From the NCBI GenBank assembly GCA_045612185.1, contig JAZKYO010000030.1:18506-82505 (forward strand): a DNA stretch of 64,000 nt, written 5' to 3'. Of this stretch, positions 16,027 through 25,374 are shown piece by piece (position 1 is the first letter of the stretch; every line of letters begins with the position of its first letter). Below the pieces are notes generated by a model. It had not been told where the DNA came from. It saw nothing but the letters and a program-made list of their open reading frames with translations, and searched no databases. This DNA is from Eubacteriales bacterium (GTDB lineage Bacteria; Bacillota; Clostridia; Oscillospirales; CAG-272). Both the position numbers and the translations under genes were made by a program.

Positions 16027-18876
16027 TTATCTTGCGTCAAAGAAGTTTATAATGTTATACTTCTGATTATTCAGTTCCTCCATAAACTTAGTAAGCTCGG
16101 TATACTCGTTACCTTGATTATCAATGATACCCTTATTGGAGTTTCTGTTGGAAAGATCGGCGTTAAGGTTATCGGGGTCATTGTCCCAGAACAAGAACCA
16201 GTCAAAACCGACGCATCCCTTGCACTCAAGGAGTGAAAGCGCGAAAGTTTGATAGAACTGTCCTCTTGCGGTCTGGTCCTTAACCGTCCAGCCCGCGCCC
16301 GATTCGTTGGTCATTCTGTTGTCCTTTTCCCAAACGTCCATTCCCTTTGCGTACCACTCGGTAACTACGAAAGGCTTACCTGCCCACTTAACCTGATTTG
16401 CAACCAGTTCAAAATCAGCGTTCCATGCGCCATAATAGTTATAAGTGATAACGTCGCACCAATAACCCGCAACGCGCATTACGTATTCGTCGGTATAACA
16501 GCCTTTAAGCATACGGCAACCCATATACTGATGATAAGGAGCGTATCTGTCAAGGGCGTTCTTAACCACCTCAAAATATCTGTCGTAAACCATCGCTCTG
16601 TACTCAAGGCAAAGCTCGTCGGTAACGTCTTCAACAGAAACGTTGGGGTTACCCGTTTTGAGATACATAAAGGTCCACGCGGCAGCGTAAGTATAAGCAA
16701 ATCTAGCGTCCGTAGTATCAAGAGAAAGTGCGCTGACAAGCATTCTCTTAGAGTCTGGAAGCTCGTTATCACTCATCCAACCGTAGACGTTGGGGTTAGT
16801 AGCATAAGCGGAAACCGCACTTTTAACAGTTTCATCTGCCATGACAGCATATTCGGGGTCAAATACGGGAATAACGTCTCCGATAAGAGTGGTATTACCG
16901 CTTTCGGAAATATCAAGTCCGTTTGCCTGACAGTATTTTTTTGCAACATACATGATATGTGTCTGTGTAATGGGGTTATTTGCCTTGATAAGATTTCCGA
17001 TAGACGACCAACCGCCCGCGGAATTGAAGCCAAGCTCGTGAAGTCTGTCGCTTGTTGCCTGTGCCCAATTTGCCGTTGTTCCGTATTTTGCTTTAACAAC
17101 AGCGTTCTGATTTGGTGAACCTGTACCAATAGTTACAACAGCTGTACGGAAGAAGGGATATCCAAGCGGGTCTATTGTCCACCATCTATCACCGATTTTC
17201 TTGGTATAGAAAAATCCTGTTGCCTCCTGCTTTATGGACTCGTCCATTAATCCGCCGTAGATATCGTATTTCTCCGTCTCAGCGGTGCTTGCGGAATAGC
17301 CATTAAGCGTGCTTACAAGACGGGTGGGATAGTTTGTGTATTTGGTATTAGCTCCCGTTGTACCGCTGGCGTTTGTTGCGCCTACGTTCAAGGGATATTC
17401 GGACATATCGGGCTGTATTTGCTCGATGTTTTCGTCTCCGCCCTGCTTAATGATTTCCCATCTGTGAAGCCACGTGGAAACTCGCTCCATCGCAACCGCC
17501 CAAGGGTTCTCTCCGACATAACTAAGCTCTGTGGTAAAGTTTTTGTCTCCTATGTTTAGCACAAGTGAGGGTGACATAGTTTTAGACTCTTTTGAGGAAA
17601 AATTAAGTCTGCGAACCGAATCGGCATCCCCCTCAAGATATAGGGAGATTTCTTTATATCCGATATTGACAAGCTTTGAAACGTAATCAGTAACGTCTAT
17701 TCTGACAGTTCCCTTGCCTTCAACCACCACCGAATTTATAAGCTCTTCCCTTTCGGGCAACGTATTATAGGTTACGCTCATTTCTTGCCAATCGTCGGGA
17801 TAACAACCGTAAACATTAATTCTTGTGGGGTGATCATAGCTTTCGATACTGGTACAGTTCAATTCCAGAAACAGCTTATCATACTCCATGTTGTTAAGCT
17901 GTGAAACATCGAACTTCAGAAGCGTTATTCTGTAATATTCATTAGGCTTAGAACCGACAGCCTTAAAGTCAAGCATATCAGAATCTCCGAAATTATCATC
18001 GGCGGTCTTTCCTGCCTGAACGTAAGCGTCTTCTTTAACGATTATTTTTGTAGAGTCGACCTTATGCACGCCAACTATCGTATCCAAGCCGTTTTGGGAA
18101 GGAATATATTCGGTTGCAGTACCTATAGATGCGCCGCTGTAAACCGAATCATCTGTCTTTGTTCCGTAGTAAACTGTAAGCGAAGGTCCTGCCTTTTCGC
18201 TTTCCTTAGACTCAAACTTGATATGAAGAGGCGTACTTGTGTTTTCCTTGATATAAAAAGCCACCTCTGTTTCACCCTTAGAAAGCGCGTATTTGATGTA
18301 AGAAGCAACCGGGAAATCAAACACTTTACCGTTACCTACCACGTCATCGCGCAAGCTGATAAGCTCGTAATGCTCGGGCTGATTATTAAAGGTAAGTGTG
18401 TTTTCACTCCACGAGTCTGTGGGCGCGCCGTAGATTTCTACGACTGCGGTAGCGGGATTTCCGGAGTCATTCTGCTTCATTTTAAGCATAAGCTTAAGGT
18501 CAACAGCAGTAAAATCGTTATCACCTACCAAACAAGAAATATCAAACTTGAGATAGGTAAATCGAATGGGGGCGGAAGCCTCAGATTTAAGCTGAAGATC
18601 TACGTCACTACCGAAATTATCGTCAACGTTCTTGTTTCCTGCCGCCTTATACACGTAGGTATCTTCTTTTACTTCGATTGTATAATCCTCACGTTTTACG
18701 GGAGGGGCAGTTTCGGGGGGATCGGTTTCGGGAGCGTCTGTAACAAGTGGAGCATCTGTATGTGTTGGCTCATCGGTTATCTCATTGTCAACGGTTGTAT
18801 CGGCAGGAGCGCCACAACCGCAAAGCAACATAATAACTACCAAAGCCACTATAAAAATTTTCCGGTTTTTCTTCAT
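16027..18876 (-). CDS. lipoprotein: two DNRLRE/CBM96-like modules plus putative clan GH-A glycoside hydrolase domain (paralog 3 of 4)
   Basis: I moved the start to the internal ATG at 18876 ('MKKNRKIF', RBS GAGAGGA). The lipobox is 'LLCGC'. Motifs are 'IRFTYLKFDISCL', 'YYRITLLKFDVSQL', 'GWMSDNELP' and 'FVVTEWYAKG'. It begins 21 nt downstream of paralog 4 with no terminator between them. Confidence 0.6.
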   Translation of the reverse strand: MKKNRKIFIVALVVIMLLCGCGAPADTTVDNEITDEPTHTDAPLVTDAPETDPPETAPPVKREDYTIEVKEDTYVYKAAGNKNVDDNFGSDVDLQLKSEASAPIRFTYLKFDISCLVGDNDFTAVDLKLMLKMKQNDSGNPATAVVEIYGAPTDSWSENTLTFNNQPEHYELISLRDDVVGNGKVFDFPVASYIKYALSKGETEVAFYIKENTSTPLHIKFESKESEKAGPSLTVYYGTKTDDSVYSGASIGTATEYIPSQNGLDTIVGVHKVDSTKIIVKEDAYVQAGKTADDNFGDSDMLDFKAVGSKPNEYYRITLLKFDVSQLNNMEYDKLFLELNCTSIESYDHPTRINVYGCYPDDWQEMSVTYNTLPEREELINSVVVEGKGTVRIDVTDYVSKLVNIGYKEISLYLEGDADSVRRLNFSSKESKTMSPSLVLNIGDKNFTTELSYVGENPWAVAMERVSTWLHRWEIIKQGGDENIEQIQPDMSEYPLNVGATNASGTTGANTKYTNYPTRLVSTLNGYSASTAETEKYDIYGGLMDESIKQEATGFFYTKKIGDRWWTIDPLGYPFFRTAVVTIGTGSPNQNAVVKAKYGTTANWAQATSDRLHELGFNSAGGWSSIGNLIKANNPITQTHIMYVAKKYCQANGLDISESGNTTLIGDVIPVFDPEYAVMADETVKSAVSAYATNPNVYGWMSDNELPDSKRMLVSALSLDTTDARFAYTYAAAWTFMYLKTGNPNVSVEDVTDELCLEYRAMVYDRYFEVVKNALDRYAPYHQYMGCRMLKGCYTDEYVMRVAGYWCDVITYNYYGAWNADFELVANQVKWAGKPFVVTEWYAKGMDVWEKDNRMTNESGAGWTVKDQTARGQFYQTFALSLLECKGCVGFDWFLFWDNDPDNLNADLSNRNSNKGIIDNQGNEYTELTKFMEELNNQKYNIINFFDAR

Positions 18877-18897
18877 AATTTGTCCTCTCATAATTAA

Positions 18898-21711
18898 TTA
18901 TCTGGCATCGAAGTACTCAATAATCGTGTATTTTTGATCATTAAGTTCTTTCATATAATCTGAAAGGTCGGTATATTCTGTTCCCTCGTTGGAGTACATA
19001 CCCTTATTTGAGTCTCTGTTTGAGGGGTCTGCGCCAGCGTCTGTTGGGTCATTATCCCAATACTTGAACCAGTCAAAGCCCGCGCATCCCTTACATTCCA
19101 TAAGCATAAGCGCGTAGTTCTGGTAGTACTTTCCGCGGTCATCCTGAGTTCTTACAGTCCAGCCCGCACCCGTCTTATTGACGATAAGAGGATTCTTTTC
19201 CCAAACGTCCATTCCCTTTGCGTACCATTCGGTAACTACGAAGGGAGTATCTCCAAGCCAGTTCTGAATATTTCTGAGAAGAGTGGGATCACCTTCCCAC
19301 GCACCGTAGTAGTTAAAGGTAACAACGTCGCACCAGTAGCCCGCAACACGCATAATGTACTCGCGTTTATAGTTGTTGTTTACAAAGCGGCAACCCATAT
19401 ACATATGATTGGGGTCGTACTTTTCAAGTGCCTTTGTTACAACTTCAAAATACTTATCATAGGTCATAGCAAGATACTCGTTACGAAGCTCGTCTGTAAT
19501 ATCCATCACAGACACGTCAGCTTTGCCGGTTTTGAGATACATAAATGTCCATGCGGTGGCGTAGGTATAAACACGTTTCACATCAGTAAAGTCAAGCGCA
19601 AGCGCATGGTCAAGCATATTAAGGTTATCGGCAAGCTCATTATCACTCATCCATCCGTAAACAGAAGGATTATTTACGTAGGGCTCTACCGCTTTCTTTA
19701 TATGACTATCCGCAAAGACTGCGAATTCGGGGTCAAATGAAGGTATTACGTCATCCTTGGGAAGTCTTGATCCTCCCGAGGAAACCTTAACACCTATATG
19801 CTTACCGTACTGAGTAGCCACATTGAATATCTGTGTCTGAGAAATAGGATTGTCGATACCCGAAAGAGTAGCGATATCCGACCATCCGCCCGCGGAATTG
19901 AAGCCAAGTTCAAAGAGTCTCTCGGTCGCTGCTACGCCCCAAGCGGCTTTTGTTCCATATTTAGCAAGTGTTATCTCCTTCTGTGCCGGAGATGAACCGT
20001 AAGCCACCTGAACTACCGAAACGCGGTAGAAGGGATAGCCGAGGGGGTCAATATTCCACCAACGATCGCCTATTTTCTTGGTATAGAAATAGCCTGTTGC
20101 CTTGTATTTTTCACCGCCCATATATCCACCGTACTCATCGTAGAGCTTTGTTTCCTTGGCATTAGCCTTAAAGCCTTTAAGGGTACTCAGATTTCTTGTG
20201 GGGTACTGAGAATAAACGGTACTTGCGCCGTTAGTCTTACCTGCGGTGGTAGCGTCTACCGTGATAGAATACTCCGCGGGATCTTTCACTATAAGCTCAG
20301 CATCTGTTCTGCCGTGACTCTTGATTTCTTCCCATCTTGCAAGCCACGTATTTACAGACGTCATAGCCACGTCCCAAGGATTCTCGCCTTTATATCTAAG
20401 CTTTGTAGTGAAGTTCAACTTACCGTAGTTAATTTCAAGACGGGGAGCTTTTCCGCCGACCTTTTCGGAGGAATCAATTCTTGTTCGGTACATAGAGGAT
20501 GTTTCTCCGTCGAGATAGAAGGAAATAACGTCATCTCCGCGTTTTATTGCCTGCTTTACGTAATCAGTTACATCTATGCGTTTTTCACCAGTGCCTACGA
20601 TGGAACAGCTTGTTATAAGTTCTTCTTTTTCGCACAAAGTATTGTACGTAACAGTTCCTTCATCCCAAGCGTAAGGATCACAGCCGAACACTTTTATTAC
20701 TCTTGCTTTATTCGGCTGTTCCATTTCAAAGACATTAAAGTAAATATACACCTTTGATATATCCTCTCTATTTATAGAAGAAACATCAAATTTAAGAAGA
20801 GTAATTCGGTAAGTAGAGATAGATTTTTCTGCGGGAGCCTTATGTTCAAGAACTTCGGAGCTGCCGAAATTCTTATCCACCGATGCGCCACCCTCTACAT
20901 AGGTATCCTCCAAAACGGGAACCATACCGACTTCAACAGTACTCCAACCAAGGAGTTTATCCAAACCGTTTTGAGATATTTCCGGTTCCGGAGTTTTTGT
21001 TTTACCGTTATAGATTGCTGTATCTACCTTTGTTCCGTAATATACGGAAAGTTTGGGGGCGTTCTCCCCCGCTTCTTTGGAAGCCCATCTTGTATGAAGC
21101 GCGACGCCAGCCGAAGCCTCTTTAAGATAAAAAGCTATTTCGCTTTGTCCGTTGGCAAGCGCTTTTCTTACATAATCTGTTATCGGGAAAGAATTTATCA
21201 CCTTATCCGCAGTAATATCGTTTTTAACGGTAATTACATCGAATATCTCAGGCTGTGTATTGAAGGTAAGATCAGACTCGGTCCACTCGGTACCTGCGCC
21301 ATACACCTCGATAGTCGCAAAGGGGGTTGCCGCGTCCTGCTGTCTTACAGTAAGCATAAGATCGAGCTCGATAGACGTAAAATCGTTATCTCCTTTAAGT
21401 GAGGATATGTCGAACTTAAGATATCCATAACGTGTAAGACTGTTACCGTTGGACTTTGTGTGTATCTCGACATCCGAGCCGTAATTGGTATCTTTAAGAT
21501 CGGTGTTGCCGTTTTTGTTCATAACGTATGAATCCTCCTTTACGGGGATAGTGTGGTCAAATCTCTCTACCGGTACGGGAGGCTCTGTTTCGGCCTGAGG
21601 TGTTTCGGGAGCATCCGTCACAACGGGAACCGTGGTATCGTCTCCCACAACCGAATTGCACGAGCTGAGCAACATAAGAGACGCCAGCAAAATCGCAAAA
21701 AATTTTTTCAT
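18898..21711 (-). CDS. lipoprotein: two DNRLRE/CBM96-like modules plus putative clan GH-A glycoside hydrolase domain (paralog 4 of 4)
   Basis: I moved the start to the ATG at 21711 ('MKKFFAIL', RBS AAAGGAAG). The lipobox is 'LLSSC'. Motifs are 'TRYGYLKFDISSL', 'TYRITLLKFDVSSI', 'GWMSDNELA' and 'FVVTEWYAKG'. Confidence 0.6.
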   Translation of the reverse strand: MKKFFAILLASLMLLSSCNSVVGDDTTVPVVTDAPETPQAETEPPVPVERFDHTIPVKEDSYVMNKNGNTDLKDTNYGSDVEIHTKSNGNSLTRYGYLKFDISSLKGDNDFTSIELDLMLTVRQQDAATPFATIEVYGAGTEWTESDLTFNTQPEIFDVITVKNDITADKVINSFPITDYVRKALANGQSEIAFYLKEASAGVALHTRWASKEAGENAPKLSVYYGTKVDTAIYNGKTKTPEPEISQNGLDKLLGWSTVEVGMVPVLEDTYVEGGASVDKNFGSSEVLEHKAPAEKSISTYRITLLKFDVSSINREDISKVYIYFNVFEMEQPNKARVIKVFGCDPYAWDEGTVTYNTLCEKEELITSCSIVGTGEKRIDVTDYVKQAIKRGDDVISFYLDGETSSMYRTRIDSSEKVGGKAPRLEINYGKLNFTTKLRYKGENPWDVAMTSVNTWLARWEEIKSHGRTDAELIVKDPAEYSITVDATTAGKTNGASTVYSQYPTRNLSTLKGFKANAKETKLYDEYGGYMGGEKYKATGYFYTKKIGDRWWNIDPLGYPFYRVSVVQVAYGSSPAQKEITLAKYGTKAAWGVAATERLFELGFNSAGGWSDIATLSGIDNPISQTQIFNVATQYGKHIGVKVSSGGSRLPKDDVIPSFDPEFAVFADSHIKKAVEPYVNNPSVYGWMSDNELADNLNMLDHALALDFTDVKRVYTYATAWTFMYLKTGKADVSVMDITDELRNEYLAMTYDKYFEVVTKALEKYDPNHMYMGCRFVNNNYKREYIMRVAGYWCDVVTFNYYGAWEGDPTLLRNIQNWLGDTPFVVTEWYAKGMDVWEKNPLIVNKTGAGWTVRTQDDRGKYYQNYALMLMECKGCAGFDWFKYWDNDPTDAGADPSNRDSNKGMYSNEGTEYTDLSDYMKELNDQKYTIIEYFDAR

Positions 21712-21755
21712 AATTTTCTTCCTTTCATTATAAATCATTATAAATATACATTTTA

Positions 21756-21784
21756 ATTATACCATAATTAAACATGCTTTTCAA
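21756..21784 (-). promoter_or_regulatory. promoter of GH-like paralogs 4 and 3
   Basis: Minus strand reads TTGAAA-17-TATAAT, with the same GGTATAATTAAA context as paralog 2. Confidence 0.55.
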
Positions 21785-21857
21785 TAGAACAAAAAGTAGA
21801 AAAAAAGGTATTATATTTGGTTAATATAAACAAATATTTTACACCGTGCAAAAGCAA

Positions 21858-21890
21858 TAAAAAAGCCCAACCTTCTTGCGAAAGTTGGGC
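21858..21890 (-). terminator. terminator of tpiA
   Basis: gcccaac...gttgggc stem, followed by U6 on the minus strand. Confidence 0.7.
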
Positions 21891-21905
21891 AAATATTAAT
21901 CAAAT

Positions 21906-22673
21906 TTACTGTGCGGCGTCAACGATAGCCTTGAATTTTTCTGCCACGAGAGACGCGCCACCGATAAGTCCGCCATCAACGTTGGGCTTGGAAAGAAGCT
22001 CAGCGGCATTCTTATCGTTCATAGAACCGCCGTACTGAACGGTAACGGTTTCAGCAACGTCAGCACCGTAAGCCTCAGCGATAGCGGCACGGACAAATCC
22101 GTTACCCTCGTCTGCCTGATCAGCGGTAGCGGTAACGCCTGTACCGATAGCCCAAACGGGCTCATAAGCGATGATTACGTTCTTAAGCTGCTCTGCACTA
22201 ACGTTTGTAAGAGCCATCTTTGTCTGGAACTTAAGTAGAGTCTCGGTATATCCAAGCTCTCTCTGCTCAAGTGTTTCTCCAACACAAACGATAGCCTTAA
22301 GACCTGCGCCCAGAGCCGCAAGTGTACGAAGATTTACTGTCTGGTCGGTTTCAGCAAAGTACTGTCTTCTCTCGGAGTGACCGATAACGACGTACTCTAC
22401 ACCTGCTTCAACAAGCATTTCGGCAGAAATTTCGCCTGTGTAAGCACCCGAAGCCTTAAAATGAACGTTTTCAGCTCCGATCTTTATGTTCGAGCCCTTA
22501 GTTGCTTCGATCGCGGCGGGAATATCTATTGCGGGAACGCAAAGAACAACGTCGCACGCATCCTTACCTGCAACGAGGGGCTTCATCTCCTCAATAAGTG
22601 CGGTTGCGCTCTTGGGAGTCATATTCATTTTCCAGTTACCCGCGATAACTGTTCTTCTCTTAGAAGGATTCAT
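21906..22673 (-). CDS. tpiA: triose-phosphate isomerase
   Basis: Motifs are 'IAGNWKMN', 'IGHSERR' and 'IAYEPVWAIGTG'. It lies directly downstream of pgk. Confidence 0.95.
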   Translation of the reverse strand: MNPSKRRTVIAGNWKMNMTPKSATALIEEMKPLVAGKDACDVVLCVPAIDIPAAIEATKGSNIKIGAENVHFKASGAYTGEISAEMLVEAGVEYVVIGHSERRQYFAETDQTVNLRTLAALGAGLKAIVCVGETLEQRELGYTETLLKFQTKMALTNVSAEQLKNVIIAYEPVWAIGTGVTATADQADEGNGFVRAAIAEAYGADVAETVTVQYGGSMNDKNAAELLSKPNVDGGLIGGASLVAEKFKAIVDAAQ

Positions 22674-22700
22674 TTCAATTCTCCTTTATTTACTGATATG

Positions 22701-22721
22701 AGGGGCGGATTGACCGCCCCT
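22701..22721 (-). other. GC-rich intercistronic stem-loop between pgk and tpiA
   Basis: AGGGGCGG-attga-CCGCCCCT. No U-tract follows on the coding strand, so it is probably not a terminator. Confidence 0.5.
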
Positions 22722-22734
22722 GAATAATTTTTTA

Positions 22735-23934
22735 TTACTTGTCCTGAAGGCAAGCGATACCGGGAAGCTCAAGTCCTTCAAGGAACTCAAGAGAAGCACC
22801 GCCACCGGTGGAAATATGTGTGATCTTGGAAGCGTAGCCAAGCTGCTCGCAAGCTGCCGCGGAGTCTCCACCGCCTACGATAGTGATAGCCTCGGACTCT
22901 GCGAGAGCCTCAGCAACAGCGATTGTACCCTTTGCAAGAGTGGGGTTCTCAAACACGCCCATAGGACCGTTCCAAACAACGGTCTTAGCGCTCTTTGCGG
23001 CATCTGCGAAGAGCTTCTTTGTCTTATCACCGATATCAAGACCCATCTTATCAGCGGGAATCTCGTTTGAGGGAACTATCTCAACATCGATAGGAGCATC
23101 GATAGGATCGGGGAATGCCTTAGCAACAACTGTATCGATAGGAAGAAGAAGCTTTACGCCCTTCTCCTCAGCCTTAGCCATCATCTCACGGCAGTACTCA
23201 ACCTTTGTTTCGTCAAAGAGAGATGTACCGATGCCATATCCCTTAGCGGCAAGGAATGTATAAGCCATACCACCACCGATAATAAGAGTATCAACCTTTG
23301 TAAGGAGGTTGTTGATAACGTTAAGCTTATCGGAAACCTTTGCACCGCCGAGAATAGCAACGAAGGGACGCTCGGGATCAGCAAGAGCCTTACCCATAAC
23401 ACCGATTTCCTTCTGGATAAGGTAACCGCAAACAGCGGGAAGGTAATCTGCAACACCTGCTGTGGAAGCGTGTGCGCGGTGAGCCGCGCCAAACGCGTCG
23501 TTTACGAAAATGTCGGCAAGAGAAGCAAGCTCCTTAGCAAACTCGGGATCGTTCTTTTCTTCTCTCTTGTCAAAACGGGTATTCTCAAGAAGAACAGCCT
23601 GTCCTTCCTTAAGAGCGGCTGCCTTAGCCTTAGCGTCTGCGCCGATTGTGTCAGCCGCAAGCTCTACGGTCTGACCGAGAAGCTCAGTAAGTCTTGCCGC
23701 AACAGGTGCAAGAGAATACTTAGCAACAACTTCTCCCTTGGGCTTACCCATGTGAGAGCAAAGAATTACCTTTGCGCCCTTGGAAAGAAGGTACTTGATT
23801 GTGGGAAGTGCCTCAACGATTCTCTTATCGCTGGTGATTACGCCTTCCTTGAGAGGTACATTGAAGTCGCAACGAACAAGAACTCTCTTGCCGGCTACAT
23901 CAATATCTTCGATGTTTTTCTTATTGTAGGTCAT
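22735..23934 (-). CDS. pgk: phosphoglycerate kinase
   Basis: Motifs are '[12 protein letters not shown]', 'HMGKPKG' and 'GGGDS'. The length is 399 aa. Confidence 0.95.
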   Translation of the reverse strand: MTYNKKNIEDIDVAGKRVLVRCDFNVPLKEGVITSDKRIVEALPTIKYLLSKGAKVILCSHMGKPKGEVVAKYSLAPVAARLTELLGQTVELAADTIGADAKAKAAALKEGQAVLLENTRFDKREEKNDPEFAKELASLADIFVNDAFGAAHRAHASTAGVADYLPAVCGYLIQKEIGVMGKALADPERPFVAILGGAKVSDKLNVINNLLTKVDTLIIGGGMAYTFLAAKGYGIGTSLFDETKVEYCREMMAKAEEKGVKLLLPIDTVVAKAFPDPIDAPIDVEIVPSNEIPADKMGLDIGDKTKKLFADAAKSAKTVVWNGPMGVFENPTLAKGTIAVAEALAESEAITIVGGGDSAAACEQLGYASKITHISTGGGASLEFLEGLELPGIACLQDK

Positions 23935-23973
23935 TTTTGTGTCCGCCTTTCATATTTTTTTACACCATATATT

Positions 23974-24002
23974 AATATACCACAAATGTAAGATTTTATC
24001 AA
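23974..24002 (-). promoter_or_regulatory. promoter of pgk-tpiA
   Basis: Minus strand reads TTGATA-17-TATATT. Confidence 0.5.
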
Positions 24003-24055
24003 TACCTATTTGTGAAAAATTTCTCAATTTCCAAAAAAATTTATTGTACAATATA

Positions 24056-24086
24056 ACAAAAGAACGCCGCGCGTTGCGCGGCGTTC
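24056..24086 (-). terminator. terminator of lipoprotein paralog 1
   Basis: aacgccgcgc-gtt-gcgcggcgtt. Confidence 0.75.
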
Positions 24087-24101
24087 CAAATCATACTTTA
24101 A

Positions 24102-25118
24102 TTACTTAGCAACAGACATAAGGATCTCGTCGATATATGCCTCGAACTGACCCTGATCGTCAAAGAATCTTACAGAAGAATCTGTCTTGCCTGCAACAGA
24201 TGCGCCAAGCTTGCCTGTGCCTTCAGCGGTCTTACCGTCAAAGCCAACAAACTCAACCTTTACATCGCCCTTAGCAGGATCAACTACAACTGTAACCTTA
24301 TCCCAACCCTTATCGGAGAAGGCTGCAACTGCCTTATTGTTACCAACTGTGTAGATATCACCTACACCGTCAACTGTAAGAAGCTTATACTCTGTACCAC
24401 CGATTGTCCATGTAAGGAGATCAAGTGTGCCGGTAAGAGGATACTCATCAAACTTAGCCATAAAGGAAATTGTGAATGTCTTTGCAGCAAACGCATTGTT
24501 CTTATCTGTAAGCTCGAAGTAACCTGCGGGGTTGATTCCGCTATCACCTGTGGGAACGTTTGCATAGTTGTTGGTCTCTTCACCGTCAACGAAAGAAACA
24601 ACCTGAGTTGCGAATGCGCCCTTGTATGTAATGTCATTTGCAAACTTGTCCGCTACGTTCTTGATGTCAGCAACATCATCGAAAGACGTATAGAAGAAGG
24701 GGAACTCGATTGCGGAGTAATCAGCAACCTTTGTACCGTTAGCGTCCTCTACATACTCATCAGCACATACTGTGCAGAACTGCTTTGTGTAAGCGCCGTC
24801 TGTGCTCTTAAGAGGAGAGTACATATGAGCAGCGGGAATAACTTCGTCCCAAGTAAGGTTACAAGAACGGCAAACCATTGTGTACTTACCGTCTGTTGTA
24901 CAACTAGCCTCTACGCGGCTACCGGGAACTTCTCTGGTACGAGTGTGCTTGCACTCCTCTTCAGGCTCAGTATCTGTGCCCTGTGTGTCGGGGGCCTGTG
25001 TATCGGGAGCATCTGTAACATCAGGTGCCGTTGTGTCTGTTCCGCCACCGCAAGCTGCGAAAGCACAAACTACCATCACAAGTGCGATAACAAGCGCCAT
25101 AATCTTTGTGAATTTCAT
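24102..25118 (-). CDS. surface lipoprotein, His/Cys-module family (2 modules) plus beta-sandwich-like C-terminal domain (paralog 1 of 6)
   Basis: I moved the start to the ATG at 25118 ('MKFTKIMAL', RBS GGAGGAAG). The lipobox is 'AFAAC', followed by a T/D/P linker. The modules are 'CKHTRTREVPGSRVEASCTTDGKYTMVCRSCN' and 'HMYSPLKSTDGAYTKQFCTVCA'. The tail is 'AYIDEILMSVAK'. Confidence 0.55.
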   Translation of the reverse strand: MKFTKIMALVIALVMVVCAFAACGGGTDTTAPDVTDAPDTQAPDTQGTDTEPEEECKHTRTREVPGSRVEASCTTDGKYTMVCRSCNLTWDEVIPAAHMYSPLKSTDGAYTKQFCTVCADEYVEDANGTKVADYSAIEFPFFYTSFDDVADIKNVADKFANDITYKGAFATQVVSFVDGEETNNYANVPTGDSGINPAGYFELTDKNNAFAAKTFTISFMAKFDEYPLTGTLDLLTWTIGGTEYKLLTVDGVGDIYTVGNNKAVAAFSDKGWDKVTVVVDPAKGDVKVEFVGFDGKTAEGTGKLGASVAGKTDSSVRFFDDQGQFEAYIDEILMSVAK

Positions 25119-25206
25119 GATTCTTCCTCCAAAAATTAAAGAAATAATTTTGCATCTCCCAACCAAGCATAAATGTAGCTTTTTTGGGGTCAACACTTAT
25201 GCTAAT

Positions 25207-25235
25207 AATATATCACAAAAAGTTTTTTTTGTCAA
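25207..25235 (-). promoter_or_regulatory. promoter of His/Cys lipoprotein paralog 1
   Basis: Minus strand reads TTGACA-17-TATATT. Confidence 0.55.
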
Positions 25236-25333
25236 TAGTTTATACGAAAAGACATTTGCTTTTTTTGAAAGCTTATTTAATCTGTACAAAACCAAACAGC
25301 AAATACTATGCACTTTGACCATAATATCAAACG

Positions 25334-25363
25334 CAAAAAGGCGGCACCGTTACCGATGCCGCC
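25334..25363 (-). terminator. terminator of lipoprotein paralog 2
   Basis: ggcggca-ccgttaccga-tgccgcc, followed by U5. Confidence 0.7.
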
Positions 25364-25374
25364 AAATATGTTAT

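Noticed and set aside
22701-22721. Terminator between pgk and tpiA
   Set aside because: The GC-rich hairpin has no U-tract on the coding strand, and tpiA has no promoter of its own in the 61-nt gap. I kept it only as an intercistronic stem-loop.
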